Source: Squalus acanthias
Lineage: Eukaryota
Length of the DNA: 64,000 bases
Assembly: GCA_030390025.1 (NCBI GenBank)
Contig: CM059432.1
Location: forward strand, 58,530,001 to 58,594,000
Direction of reading: 5' to 3'
This document shows, one piece after another, positions 34,992 to 48,165 of this stretch (positions are counted from its first letter, which is position 1; every line of letters starts with the position of its first letter). The translations under genes and the position numbers were made by a program. Below the pieces are notes generated by a model. It saw nothing but the letters and a program-made list of their open reading frames with translations, did not search any database and was not told where the DNA came from.

Positions 34992-37751
34992 TCCTAAGCA
35001 CAACCCCAGCCCGGCATGAGGTTGAAAAGGCTATCTGACAACTGAAGAACAACAAGGCCTCAGGAGCAGATGGAAACCCCGCCGAGGCACTAAAACATGG
35101 TGGAGAAGCACTATTGGTGCAAATACATGAACTAATTTCTCTTATTTGGAAGGAGGAGAGCATGCCAGGGGATCTCAGAGATGCAGTAATCGTGACCATC
35201 TTCAAGAAAGGTGACAAGTCCGATTGTGGTAATTACAGAGGAGTTTCCCTGCTGTCTGCCACAGGGAAAGTCATCGCAAGAATCCTCCTCAATCGCCTTC
35301 TGCCAGTGGCTGAAGAGCTCCTCCCAGAGTCGCAATGCGGATTCTTCCCACTAAGGGGCACAATGGACATGATCTTCACCGCGCGTCAACTACAAGAGAA
35401 ATGCAGGGAACAGCACCAACTGCTGTACATGGCCTTCTTTGGCCTCACAAAGGCCTTCGACACTGTCAACCGTGAGGGATTATGGAGTGTCCTCCTCAAA
35501 TTCAGCCGCCCTCAAATGTTTGTCACCATCCTCCACCTGCCTCACGACTACATGCAAGCCGTGATCCTGACCAACGGATCCACCACAGACCCAATTCATG
35601 TACGGACCGGGTTCAAGCAAGGCTGTGTCAATGCACCAACACTCTTCTCAATCTTCCTGGCTGCAATGCTCCATCTCACCCTCAGTAAGCTCCCCGCTGG
35701 AGTGGAGCTAATCTACAGAACAAACGGGAAACTGTTCAACCTCCGTCGCCTCCAGTCCAGATCCAAGGTCGTCCCATCCTCTGTCATCGAATTACAATAT
35801 GCAAACGATGCTTGCGTCTGCGCACACTCTGAGGCCGAACTCCAAACCATCGTTAACACCTTCACCGAAGTGTACGAGAGCATGGGCCTTACACTAAACA
35901 TCCGTAAGACAAAGGTCCTCTACCAACCTGCCCCCGCCACACAGTACTGCTCCCTGATTATCAAAATCCATGATGAGTCCTTGGACAACGTGGACCACTT
36001 TCCATACCTCGGGAGCTTACTGTCAACAAGGGCAGACGTTGATGACGAAGTCCAACACCGCCTTCAGTGTGCCAGTGCACCTTCGGTCACCTGAGGAAGA
36101 GAGTGTTTGAAGACCAGGACCTCAAACCCAGCACCAAGCTCATGGTCTACAGAGCAGTAGTGATACCTGCCCTCCTGTATGCTTCAGAGACATGGGCCAT
36201 GTACAGCAGGCACCTCAAAGCACTGGAGAGGTACCACCAATGCTGCCTCTGCAAGATCCTGCAAATCCATTGGGCAGTGTCCTAGGCCCAACCATCTTCA
36301 GCTGCTTCATCAATGACCTTCCCTCCAACATAAGGTCAGAAATGGGGATGTTCGCTGATGACTGCACAGTGTTCAGCACCATTAAAAACTCCTCAGATAA
36401 TGAAGCAGTCCATGCCTGCATGCAACAAGACCTGGACAACATTCAGGCTTGGGCTGATAAGTGACAGGTAGCATTCGCTCCACAGAAGTGCCAGGCAATG
36501 ACTGTCTCCAACAAGCGAGAGTCTAACCACCTCCCCTTGTCATTCAACGGCATTACCATCGCTGAATCCCCCACTATCAACATCCTGGGGGTCACCATTA
36601 ACCAGAAACTTAACTCGACCAGCCACATAAATACTATGGCAACAAGAACAGGTCAGAGGCTAGGTATTCTGCGGCGAGTGTCTCACCTCCTGACTCCCCA
36701 AAGCCTTTCCACCATCTACAAGGCACAAGTAAGGAGTGTGATGGAATACTCTCCACTTGCCTGGATGAGTGCAGCTCCAACAACACTCAAGGAGCTCGAT
36801 ACCATCCAGGACAAAGCAGCCCGCTTGATTGGCACCCCATCTACCACCTTAAACATTCACTCCCTCCACTACCGGCATACCGTGGCTGCAGTGTGTACCA
36901 TCTACAAGATGCACTGCAGCAACTCGCCAAGGCTTCTTCGGCAGCACCTCCCAAACAGCAGGTGCATGGGAACACCACCACCTCCAAGTTCCCCTCCAAG
37001 TCACACACCATCCTGACTTAGAAGTATATCGCTGATCCTTCATCGTCGCTGGGTCAAAATCCTGGAACTCCCTATCTAACAGCACTGTGGGAGTACCATC
37101 ACCACACGGACTGCAGCGGTTCAAGAAGGCGGCTCACCACCACCTTCTCAAGGGCAACTAGGGATGGGCAATAAATGCTGGCCTTGCCAGCAATGCCCAC
37201 ATCTCATGAACAAATTTTAAAAAAGGAAAGGCGCACCAACGTCAGTGTTCTCGCTCAGGCCAACATCCCCAGCATCGAAGCCTTGACCACGCTCGATCAG
37301 CTCCGATGGATGGGTCACATTGTCCGCATGCCCGATACGAGACTCCCAAAACAAGCGCTCTACTCGGAGCTCCGGCACGGCAAGAGAGCCCCAGGTGGGC
37401 AGAGGAAACGCTTCAAGGACACCCTCAAAGCCTCCTTGAAAAAGTGTAACATCCCCACCAACACCTGGGAATCCTTGGCCCAAGACCGCACAAAGTGGAG
37501 GAGAATCATCCGCGAAGGCGTCGAACACCTCGAGTCTCTTCGCCGGGAGCAAGCGGAAGCCAAGCGCAAACAGCAGAAGGAGCGCACGTCAACCCAAGCA
37601 CCCCACCCACCCGCCCCTTCAACCACAGTCTGCCCCATCTGTGACAGAGACTGTAGGTCCCTCATTGGACACATCAGTCACCTGAGAACTCATTTTTAGT
37701 GTGGAAGCAAGTCATCCTGGGTTCTGAGGGACTGCCTAAGAAGAGAAGATG
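34992..37751 (+). mobile_element. 5'-truncated RTE-clade LINE
   Basis: KKGDKSDCGNYRGVSLLS, LPESQCGF, KAFDTVNR, GFKQGC, YAND (decayed YADD), QLRWMGHIVRMPDTRLPKQ, C-terminal C2H2 (CPICDRDC..HISHLRTH); AAGAG tail. Confidence 0.95.
36274..37224 (+). mobile_element. 5'-truncated CR1/L2-group LINE nested in the RTE
   Basis: GSVLGPTIFSCFINDL, FADDC, YKAQVRSVMEYSPLAW; A-rich end; RTE reading IHW|ERRTN resumes after it. Confidence 0.9.
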
Positions 37752-40700
37752 ACACTCCTCTCCACATGTGCCCAATCCCCATGGCCAAATAAAGTTTTTC
37801 CTTCATCAAATCCAACTGCACAGCTGCATTTACCTCAATTCTGTCCAGCAACCTGAATCAGCCAAATACTAAAAGAACTGTCAAGGCACATTTTAATATC
37901 AGCAAATGCAACTTTAAGTGCCCTTCATAGTGTATGGTGCTGCTGTATTTAGCAGCCTAGAAATTGGATAAGGCCCGAAAACGGGCACAGATAGTGCGAA
38001 GCGCGATGTGACGGCGCCCGTTCAAAGTGGTCCAGGCAGCACACAAAATTCGTGCTGCCTGCTCATCATAATGATTGCAGCACTGATCTCAGTGCTAAAC
38101 GCACTGCTGATTGGCTCAGCGCTGAACAGGGGGGCCAATATCGGGTGCAGGTTACTGACCAATAAAGCTTGGCTTAGGCTCTCTGCACTATTTAAAGAGG
38201 AGGTGCTTTAATGCAGAAGCACCTCATTGTCATTGTGAACAGAGCCATGGCCCATAAGCCAAGAGAGAGGGCGAGGAGATTTTCCGCTGCAGCACTGGAG
38301 GCCTTGGTCCTGGGGGTTCAAAGACACCATCAGGTGCTCTACCCGCAGGGGGACAAGAGGCCTTCAAGGCAAAACCGCAGAAGGCTGTGGGAGGAGATCG
38401 CTGAAGCTGTCAGTGCGACAAGTGTTGTCCCCAGGACCTGGATCTAGCGCCACAAGAAGTTTAATGACCTCACACGAGAGGTCAAGGCAAGTGAATGCAT
38501 CTTCCAATGCCATATCCCACCAACTGCACCACTAGCCTAACACACTGCTCAATGCACCACAGCCCCATCACTCACCTACCAACAATCTCTAGCAATCACC
38601 ACTCATACCTCACAATCATAGCTTCACATCACCCTCACACACTTACCACTGCTGCAAGACTCACTCCCACATCTTACACCTTGCACACACTGCCAGCTAT
38701 TGAACCATGGCAGGTACATCACCCAAACACATTGCACCGCACTCACTCACACACTTCCCTTTCTCTTGCAGGCCAAGGTGTCTCACAATCGCCACGATCA
38801 GCAGCAGACGGGTGGAGGGGAAGCCCATCTGCAGACACTGACAGAGCTAGAGGAGGCAGTGCTGGAGATAATTGGAGGGGCTGTCATAGAGTCCGTGGCG
38901 AGTGACAAAGTTGAAAGCATTGCTGATGATGACGGAATGCTCATACCTAATCCTTGTTCTCACACCCCACTTCCCCCTCATCCCACAATCTCTTCTCACT
39001 TACAAGCTGCTGATGCTGTATGCATGGATATCTTGCTTTCACCTCCTCCCCTCACCACAACCCGACCCTTGTGCCTTTCGCCTTTCAGATACCCAAGAAG
39101 TCCCACCAGTACAGCTGGTCCCCAAAGTCATAGAGGAGGAGAGTGAAGGAGAAGAAGACACACCGTCAATGTACAGGCACCAGCTCAGAAAATGGCACTG
39201 CGTGGACTTTAGAGGGTAGTATAGAAGCGGGATATGCACATGGTGAGTCACCGGGCACGAGTGGGCTGCCAGGGGAAAAGAGTAGTTCGGATGCCAGCTC
39301 CTCTGAGGGCGAGTTTACGTGCGAATTCTGCTGCACAGGACTCAGAAGATGACCTTGATGGGGCGGCCTACAGAAGAAGGGTGATGACATGCGCACAGAA
39401 ATGTTGGTGCAATGACAAGCCTGCCAGAGAGCCTCTTGTCACTGTCAAGGAGCATGGAGGAGTCCGGCTCCAAAATTACACGGGGCTTTGCGCAGAGCTT
39501 GGAGCCCGTGACTTCCAGGATGGTAAAGGTAAGCAACTCCATGAGAGACCTTGTGGACCCAACTATGATGTTGCATGTGGTGGGCGATGTCGCAGCTTCC
39601 ATTGCAGCACAGGTGGAAGCAACCCAATGGCCGGAATTTTCCTTACTGAGTCGGGTCGGGTCGGGTCGGGTGCGTGTGGGCCGCGTAGCGGGTCGGTACC
39701 GCGCTGTATTGATCAGCCCGCTCCTCAGAGCGACTTTAGCATGATGGCCCCATTAAGACAGACATGCGTGTTTCCCGGCCCTATTAAATGGTGCGGGTCT
39801 GATGACATCATCAATGACTCATTTCCAGCGGGGATATTTAAAGCAGCCTTGGCCACGTCACATTTGAAGGCTCATGTAGGAGTGTGGAGGGAGGATTGGA
39901 GAGGAGTATCTTGTTGTGGAGAAATAGAAAAATTACTTCCCAAAGACAGAAGGCTGCACCCCGCTTTTCCGATGAGTCCCTACATATCCTTGTGGAGGGA
40001 GTCAGAGCACGCAGGGAGGTCCTCTTCCCTGCCGATGGGCGGTGGAGACCTCCCCTGGAGACAAAAAGAGCCTGGCTCCAAATAGCAGAGGAGGTGAACA
40101 GCAGGGATGTGGTGAGGAGAACCTGGGTGCAGTGTCGGAAGCGCTTCAATGATCTGATGAAATCAGGAAAGCTGAGTGCAAAGCCACACTCAACTTCATC
40201 CTGAAGTGCCTGTCACCACATCCCCATCACTCTCCTTCCCAAGCCTGCTCCTGCACATCATTCCTCACACCAACATACCCTGCACATCTACCCATCCCTC
40301 TCTCTCTATGTACAAACTCACATCCCCGTCTGACTAACCACCCCTCACACTCACCCTCATCCTAATGCAATCATACCAACTAACACCACAGAAGGAGGCC
40401 ATTTGGCATGGCACTACAGTCACTCATGATCACCCTCTACAGATGTAAGCCACACATTCCTTACACTCATGCCATCACTCTCACTCAAACTGCTCTTCTT
40501 TCCCTCCTTGCAAGAGAAGAGAACGCACAACAACAGGGAAGAGGAGAGAACCAGCGGTGGCCCTCCATCCTTCAGCACTTTAATCGCAGCAGAGGAGGTC
40601 GCCCTGGAGGTCTTAAGAGTTGCAGAGCTGCTGGCGGTGGGAGACGGAGAGAGGGGACCTCTCAGCAACCTGGTGACAGAATTACATATCATACAGCCAC

Positions 40701-42248
40701 ATGGCATACAGCAGTCACTCATATAGAGACTGATGTCAGCAGCCAGTGAATGTTCATCATGTGCATAATGGTATCATTAACCATTCTTAATACAACATTT
40801 CTAAATAATCTCTTTACTCTTCCACAGGTCCCTCAAGAGCCCCCCCCACCAGACTGTCCAGCCAGAGGAGGAAGACGACTCCTCAGAGGAGCCTCCAGCC
40901 TCAGAGGGTGGTGCAGCATTACCAGACCCAAGCACACTCAGCACCAGCGCAGATACGCACACCTCGGTGGGTCCTGTGTGAGATAGAGTAGTGTTGTCAC
41001 CTGGTGTCTCACACTTCACAAGTGAGTAAGAGCAGATGGTGGAGACAGGGACAGCAGTGGAGACTCCTCGCTGGAGGGTGCAGGATGCTCCAAGCTTTGC
41101 TCAGCTGCATGCAGATGCTGAGCTTTGGGGGCCATCGAGAAAGAGGGTGATCCTGGAAGGCAGCAAGAAATGCAGGAGGCTCTGACAGGTTTTGCAGCGC
41201 AATGTCTGCAAATTTGCAGAGAATGGAAGAGTCCATCTCCAACATGAGAACCATCATGTCGTAGGCGATGGCGACTGTAGGCTCTTCCATTGAAAGGATG
41301 GCCACCTGCATGGAGCAGCTAATGCACCACTCACAGGAGCACATGTTAGCTATGGAGAATAAATGGCAGAGGCTCATAGAGCTCCTCTCTAGGAGGGATC
41401 TAAATGTAGACTTGGGTCCTCATGGCCCCGCTGCTGTGCAGCAAGGTGCTCTCCAGCTGCCTGCTAGCAGGGAAGTGCGGGTGACCCATGAGAGGGATGA
41501 TGGTGAGAGGGGACATGGAAGTGTGGGCTCCTCTCAAAGTGGTCCCACTTCTGCCCCATTGGCCCCCCCCTGTCAGTCAGAGCCCCAGATGCTTCCTTGG
41601 ATCACAATGGCCAAGTCTGCCCCTGCACAGATGCAGGAGAAGCAGAGTTTGGTGGGGCCATCACAGGCTCAAAACCCAGAGGATGTCCGCCAAAAGTGTC
41701 GACACAGTCACAGCAGGGAAGTGAGCAGCCTGCAAGTACCTCTGCTGAAGCCACAGGGGTTGCACCTCGTAGAAGCGCGCATAAAAGAAAAATCACACAG
41801 AAGTAGATGCACAGGACTATGCACACGGGTGTTTAAAGAAGTGTTATTGTTAAGGTTCTGTTACTGTTATGACACATATAAAAGTTTTTGTTTTCACCAC
41901 TTTCCCATGCCCATTTTTGTCTGCTACTTTGGAAGTGGCTTTGTGAGTTGGAATGAATGGTGAGACATAGCGTTGGCCCTGAATTTCCGATCGGAGGCTT
42001 CCTGTGGGTGCAGCATGTGGCAGCCATATGGGTGCAATGCAGGAAGTTAAATAAATCTGGCCATTATGAGGCTATCCCTGGCCTCCCTGGCCTCCCGGGC
42101 AGCAATGTGCTCTGGCGCTGCTGCATCTGGACCTCAGCTTCCTCCTGCTCCTCTTCCTCGTCTTCCAGCTGATGCTCCTCTTCTTCCTCTGAAGAGGCTG
42201 TGCGCTCAGACCCTTGCTTCTCATGCAGCACTAATCCTCGCTGCTGTG

Positions 42249-43238
42249 CTATGTTGTGCAGCGTGCAGCAAATGACAACAATTCTGGTGTGTACTGAAGG
42301 GCTCCTCCAGATCTGTCAAGGCAGCTGAAGCGCATCTTCAGCATGCCTATTGTTTGCTCTATGACACATCTGGTGGAAATGTGGCTTTCATTATAGCACT
42401 CCTGAGCCTCATTGCTTGGCACCCTCAAAGGTGTCATGAGCCATGTCTTCAGTGGATACCCCTTGTCTCCAAGCAGCCAGCCGGTAAGTCTGTTTGGCGA
42501 TGTGAAGAGCTGAGGGAGGGTGGACTGGTGCAGGACGAAAGTGTCATGACAGCTGCCAGGGAATTTGGCACACACATGCATGATGATCTTCCTATGTTTG
42601 CAGATGAGCTGCACATTAAGGGAGTGGAAGCCCTTGCGGTTCACAAAGACTCCTGGGTGATGTGCGGGTGCCCTGATGGCCACATGTGTGCAGTCGATGA
42701 AGCCCTGCACCCGTGGGAAGCCAGCCAGAGCGGCAAAGCCGAGTGCCCACTCATTAACACTGGCTTTATCAGTGGCAACGTTTACATAATTGGCTGACTT
42801 GTCAAAGAGGGCATCGGTGACCTGTGTGATGCATCTGTGGGCGGCCAACTGTGAGATGCCGCAAATGTCTGCTCCAGATGCCTGGAAGGAGCTTGAGGCG
42901 AAGAAGTTCAGGGCACTGGTGACTTTGAAAGCCACTGGCAAGGCATGTCCACCAGGTCCTCTGGGCTGCAGGTCTTGCTCCAGCAATCTGCAAATGTCTG
43001 CGACGACCTGGCGCGATAGCCTGAGCCTCCTTTGGCACTGCTGCTCCGTCATGTTGAGGAAGCTCATCCTCTGCCTGTATACCCTGTGTTGGGGGTACTG
43101 CCCTGCGCTGATGCCCTCTGACTTGTGGAGCATCAGGTCATTGAGGAGAAGGTTGTTGGTGTTGTTGCTGCTGCTGCTGGTGTTGGGGCTCATCCTGGTC
43201 CAATTGTGAGGACCAAGGTGAGACAGTATAAGCGGCAC
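42249..43238 (-). pseudogene. HARBI1-like transposase of Harbinger B (core open, ends frameshifted)
   Basis: GFIDCTH, LLGDKGY and RCVIEQTIG retained; C-terminus deleted/frameshifted after LQYTPE. Confidence 0.9.
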
Positions 43239-46200
43239 CCATGCTGATGTAATAGATGGCAGGTCAAGTAGAGATCAGAGGAGCAATCTGTCAATGTTGT
43301 GATAGTTACTTGCAATGTGGTGAGAGCAGCTTACAAGGTTGCAGAAAAGACTTTCAAACTCTAGACACCTAAATCTGTGCTCAAAATGGAGTCAGCAAGA
43401 GCCTTTCGCATAGGCAAGTAAGCAGGTGCCAAGTGGAAGTATTTATTGGCATTTCCATGCTGTGCATTAATGACATTGATCAATGGCCACTTCCGCCTCA
43501 GCTTGACAGACGTAGGGCTGGATTTCCCAAGCCCCGAGGAGGCGGGCATGGAGGCGGGACAGCCCGTAAAATCGGAGAAAGTGGGGGCGGATGGCAAACC
43601 CGCCCATCCCGCCTCCGTGCCCACTTGCCAGGAGGCGGGAAGATGTGCAGCTTCGGGTCCCGTCTCCTGGAGGCGGGAAAGGAATTTAATCCTTTTAACT
43701 GCCTGTTAACAGGTAGTTAACAGGCAGAAAAAAGGATTAGTGCCATTTTACCATCACAGGTGAAGGCTTCCCGACCTCGGAGAACCCCGCCGGGTTGGAG
43801 GAGACGTGGAGAAGGTCTGCGGTGGTTGGAGGCACCTGGAAATAAGGTGTAGAGGTGAGTGATGGGTGCAAGTGTGGAGTGGTAAGTATGCAAGGTGAGT
43901 GATTAGTTTAAAAAAGTGTTCACTTACCTTTTTCTCCTTCTATAGCCTTTAGCCGCGCTGGATTGGGAGAGAGGACATCCACCTTGTCAATTTCAGGTAA
44001 TGGCTGATGGACCCTCCGATCCATCAGACATCGGAAATTTACTTATTTTCAATGTTTGTTGAGTCCTCACCACAAAGACTCATCAAACTAAAGAGAATGT
44101 CGGTGTTTGACAGCTTCACAGAGCTGTCAGACGGTGTCATTTCTTCTTTCAAGAAGCATAGAAGCATAGAAGATAGGAGCAGGAGTAGGCCGTTCGGCCC
44201 CTCGAGCCTGCTCCGCCATTTAATGAGATCACGGCTGATCATCCAAATTCAGTACCCTGTCCCTGCTTTCTCTCCATATCCCTTGATCCCTTTAGCCTTA
44301 AGAAATATATCTATCTCCTTCTTGAATATATTTAATGAATTGGCCTCAAGTGCCTTCTGTGGTAGAGAATTCCACAGGTTCACCACTCTCTGGGTGAAGA
44401 AATTCCTCCTCATCTCAGTCCTAAATGGCTTATCCCTTATCCTTAGACTGTGACCCCTGGTTCTAGACTCCACCGCCATCGGGAACATCCTTCCTGCATC
44501 TAGTTTGTCTAGTCCTGTTAGAATTTTTTAAGTTTCAATGAGATCCCCTCTCATTCTTCAAAACTCTAGCGAATACAAGCCCAATCGTCCCAATCTCTCT
44601 TCATACGTCATTCCTGCCATCCCAGGTATCAGTCTGGTGAATCTTCGCTGCACTCCCTCCATGGCAAGAACATCCTTCCTCAGATAAGGCGACCAAAACT
44701 GCACACAATACTCAAGGTGTGGTCTCACCAAGGCCTTGTACAACTGCAGCAAGACATCCTTGCTCCTATACTTGAATCCTCTCGCTATGAAGGCCAACAT
44801 ACCATTTGCCTTCTTAACTGCCTGCTGCACCTGCATGCTTACCTTCAGTGACTGGTGCACAAGGACTCCCAGATCTCGTTGCACTTCCCCTTTTCCAATC
44901 TATTGCCGTTCAGATAATAATCTGTCTTCCTGTTTTTGCCACCAAAGTGGATAACCTCGCATTTATCCACATTATACTGCATCTGCCATGCATCTGCCCA
45001 ATCACCCAACCTGCCCAAATCATACTAGAGTTTCTCAGCATCCTCCTCACAGCACACACGCCCACCCAGCTTTGTGTCATCTGCAAACTTAGAGATATTA
45101 CATCTAGTTCCCTCGTCTAGATCATTAATATATATTGTGAATAGCTGGGGTCCTAGCACCGATCCCTGTGGTACCCCACTAGTCACTGCCTGCCACTCGG
45201 AAAAAGACCCGTTTATTCCAACTCTTTGCTTCCTGTCTGCCAACCAGTTCTCTATCCAAGTCAGTACCTCACCCCCAATCCCATGTGCTTTAACTTTGCA
45301 CACTAATCTCTTATGCGGGACCTTATCGAAAGCCTTCTGAAAGTCCAAATACACCACATCCACTGTTTCTCTCTTATCTATTCTACCAGTTATATCCTCA
45401 AAAAATTCCAGTAGATTAGTCAGGCATGATTTCCCTTTTGTAAATCCATGTTGACTTTGTCCGATCCTATCATTGTTTTCCAAGTGCTCTGCTATTACAT
45501 CTTTTATAATGGACTCTAGCATTTTGCCCACTACCGATGTCAGGCTTACCGGTCTATAATTCCTCGTTTTTTCTCTACCACCTTTTTTAAATAGTGGGGT
45601 TACATTAGCTACCCTCCAATCCATGGGAACTGTTCCAGAGTCTATAGAATTTTGGAAGATGACCAGCAATGCATCTATTATTTCTAGGGCCACTTCCTTA
45701 AGTACCCTAGGATGTAGATTATCAGGCCCTGGGGATTTATCGGCCTTCAATCCCACCAATTTCCCTAACACCATTTCCCTACAAATAGTGATTTCATTCA
45801 ATTCCTCCCTCTCATTAGACCCTATGTTCCCCGACATCTGTGGGAGTTTATTTGTGTCCTCCTTTGTGAAGACAGAACCAAAGTATGTATTTAATTCGTC
45901 AGCCACTTCTTTGTTCCCCATTATAAATTCCCCTGATTCTGACTGCAAGGGACCTACGCTTGACTTCACCAATCTTTTTCTCTTCACATATCTATAGAAG
46001 CTTTTACAGTCAGTTTTTATGTTCCCTGAAAGCTTACTCTCATATTCTATTTTCCCCCTCTTCGTCCTCCTTTGCTGAATCCTAAACTGCTCCCAATCCT
46101 CAGGTTTGCTGCTTTTTCTGGCCAATTTATATGTCCTCTCCTTGGATCTTATGCTATCCCTAATTTCCCTTGTTAGCCACGGTTGAGTCACCTTTTTTGT

Positions 46201-46425
46201 TTTATTTTTATGCCAAACAGGGATGAACAAATTCTGTAGTTCATCCATGCGATCTTTAAATGTTTGCCATTGCCTATCCACCGTCAACCCTTTAAGTAAC
46301 GTTCCCCAATCCACCCTAGCCAACTCGCGCCTCATACCATCGTAGTTTCCTTTATTTAAATTCAGGACCCTAGTCTCTGAGTCAACTACTTCACTCTCCA
46401 TCTTAATGAAGAATTCTATTATATT

Positions 46426-47169
46426 GGGCCGAAAATTGATCCCGGGACGCGAGAGTACGCACTGCATACTCTCGCGTATTCCCACTCCAATTGCCGGTTT
46501 TCTGCATGCCCTGCGCATGCGCTGAAAACCGGCAATTGCTCTTCCGAAAAGGGGGGGGGGCCTGGCTGCATCGCGTGCGCGCTACAGGCTGCGCGCACGC
46601 TGTGCACTTCATGCTTTGGACGCGCAGGTAAGTAGGGAAGATTTTGGAAATGTAAAAAGGAGGAGTAAGACCCGCTTTTAAGAAGGTAAGTAGTGAATTA
46701 AGTATTTTTTTGATTTTTTTTTTACAGGTATATCTTTTTTATAGACTTTAAAGACAGGTAAGTTTATTTTTATAACTTTTTAAAAGATTTTAAATTTTTT
46801 CAAAAATTTAATTTTTTATTTAAAATGGTTAATTTAATTAACTATACTTATTTTATTAATGTGATGGTTTTTTTTTTAAATTTAATTGAGGTTTAGCTGT
46901 TATTTTGGGGGGGTGTAAGATTCATAAGTCTTACAGCCATGCTGTGAGACTTATGAATGGAAGATGGTGTGCTGCCATTGGCTCTAACTGAGTCACGTGA
47001 TCCCACAGCTCGCACGAATTAACTACGCCGCTGGGATACGCAAGCCCAGCACAGCTGATGTCTGGAACATCAATTTCGTGCGAGCTGGATCAGAAAAAGC
47101 ATAAGCGAGGTGAGACATCGCGGGGAAGGCTTACCCCCGCGGGAACAGAGCAAGATCAATTTCTGGGCC
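46426..47169. mobile_element. Harbinger-type MITE M5
   Basis: TIRs GGGCCGAAAATT / AATTTCTGGGCC; TSD ATT; interrupts CR1 ORF2. Confidence 0.94.
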
Positions 47170-48165
47170 ATTATGATCGCTCCTCCCCAGGGGCCTCGCA
47201 CAACAAGATTGTAATTAATCCTTTCTGATTACATAATACCCAGTCTAAGATGGCCTGATCTCTAGTTGGTTCCTCGACATATTGGTCCAGGAAACCATCC
47301 CGTATACACTCTAGGAATTCCTCCTCCACAGTATTGTTACTAATTTGGTTAGCCCAATCTATATGTAGATTAAAGTCACCCATGATAACTGCTGTGTCCT
47401 TATTGCACGCATCTCTAATTTCCCATTTAATGCCATCCCCAACCTCAGCATTACTGTTTGGGGGTCTGTATACAACTCCCACTAATGTTTTCTGCCCCTT
47501 GGTATTTCTCAGCTCCACCCATACAGATTCCACATCATCAGAGCTAATATCCTTTCTTACTATTGTGTTAATCTCTTTAACCAGCAATGCTACCCCACCT
47601 CCTTTTCCTTTTTGTCTGTCCTTCCTGAATATTGAATACCCCTGGATGTTGAATTCCCAGCCTTGATCACCCTGGAGCCATGTCTCCGTAATCCCAATTA
47701 TATCATATCCGTTTACATCTATTTGCGCAGCTAATTTATCCACCTTATTACGAATGCTCCTCGCATTAAGACACAATGCCTTCAGGCTTGTTTTTTTAAC
47801 ACTCTTAGGGGGAAAAATTAGGTCGCGCCCCGTTTGGGGAGCAGATATCGTCTGGACGCAAAAATTAGCGCCTGGCGCTAATTATCGCCACTGACTGGAA
47901 ACTTCACTTTTACCGCCCCGGGAGGTGAGTGGAGCGCTAAATCAGGCGCTGCACACCTGTCTTAAGGCGCAAAGGCTGAGCAGTGAGGCACTAACTCAGC
48001 GCGCGAGTGCAGCGCAGGTGCTGCCAGTTAGCGAGGGAACACAGACACACTGGCACCGGCCAGTTCTTAAAGGGCGGGGGCCAACTTGCTCCCCAGCCAC
48101 ACCCTGCTCATTGCAGCCTTGAATCTCGGCCTGGAGAGACCTGTGAATCCATTTTGCAGCCAAGG

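Larger units (their letters stand above)
34417..38325. repeat. ~575-bp direct duplication (34417-34991 / 37752-38325) flanking the RTE element
   Basis: Colinear copies with about 15 differences counted by eye. Confidence 0.95.
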
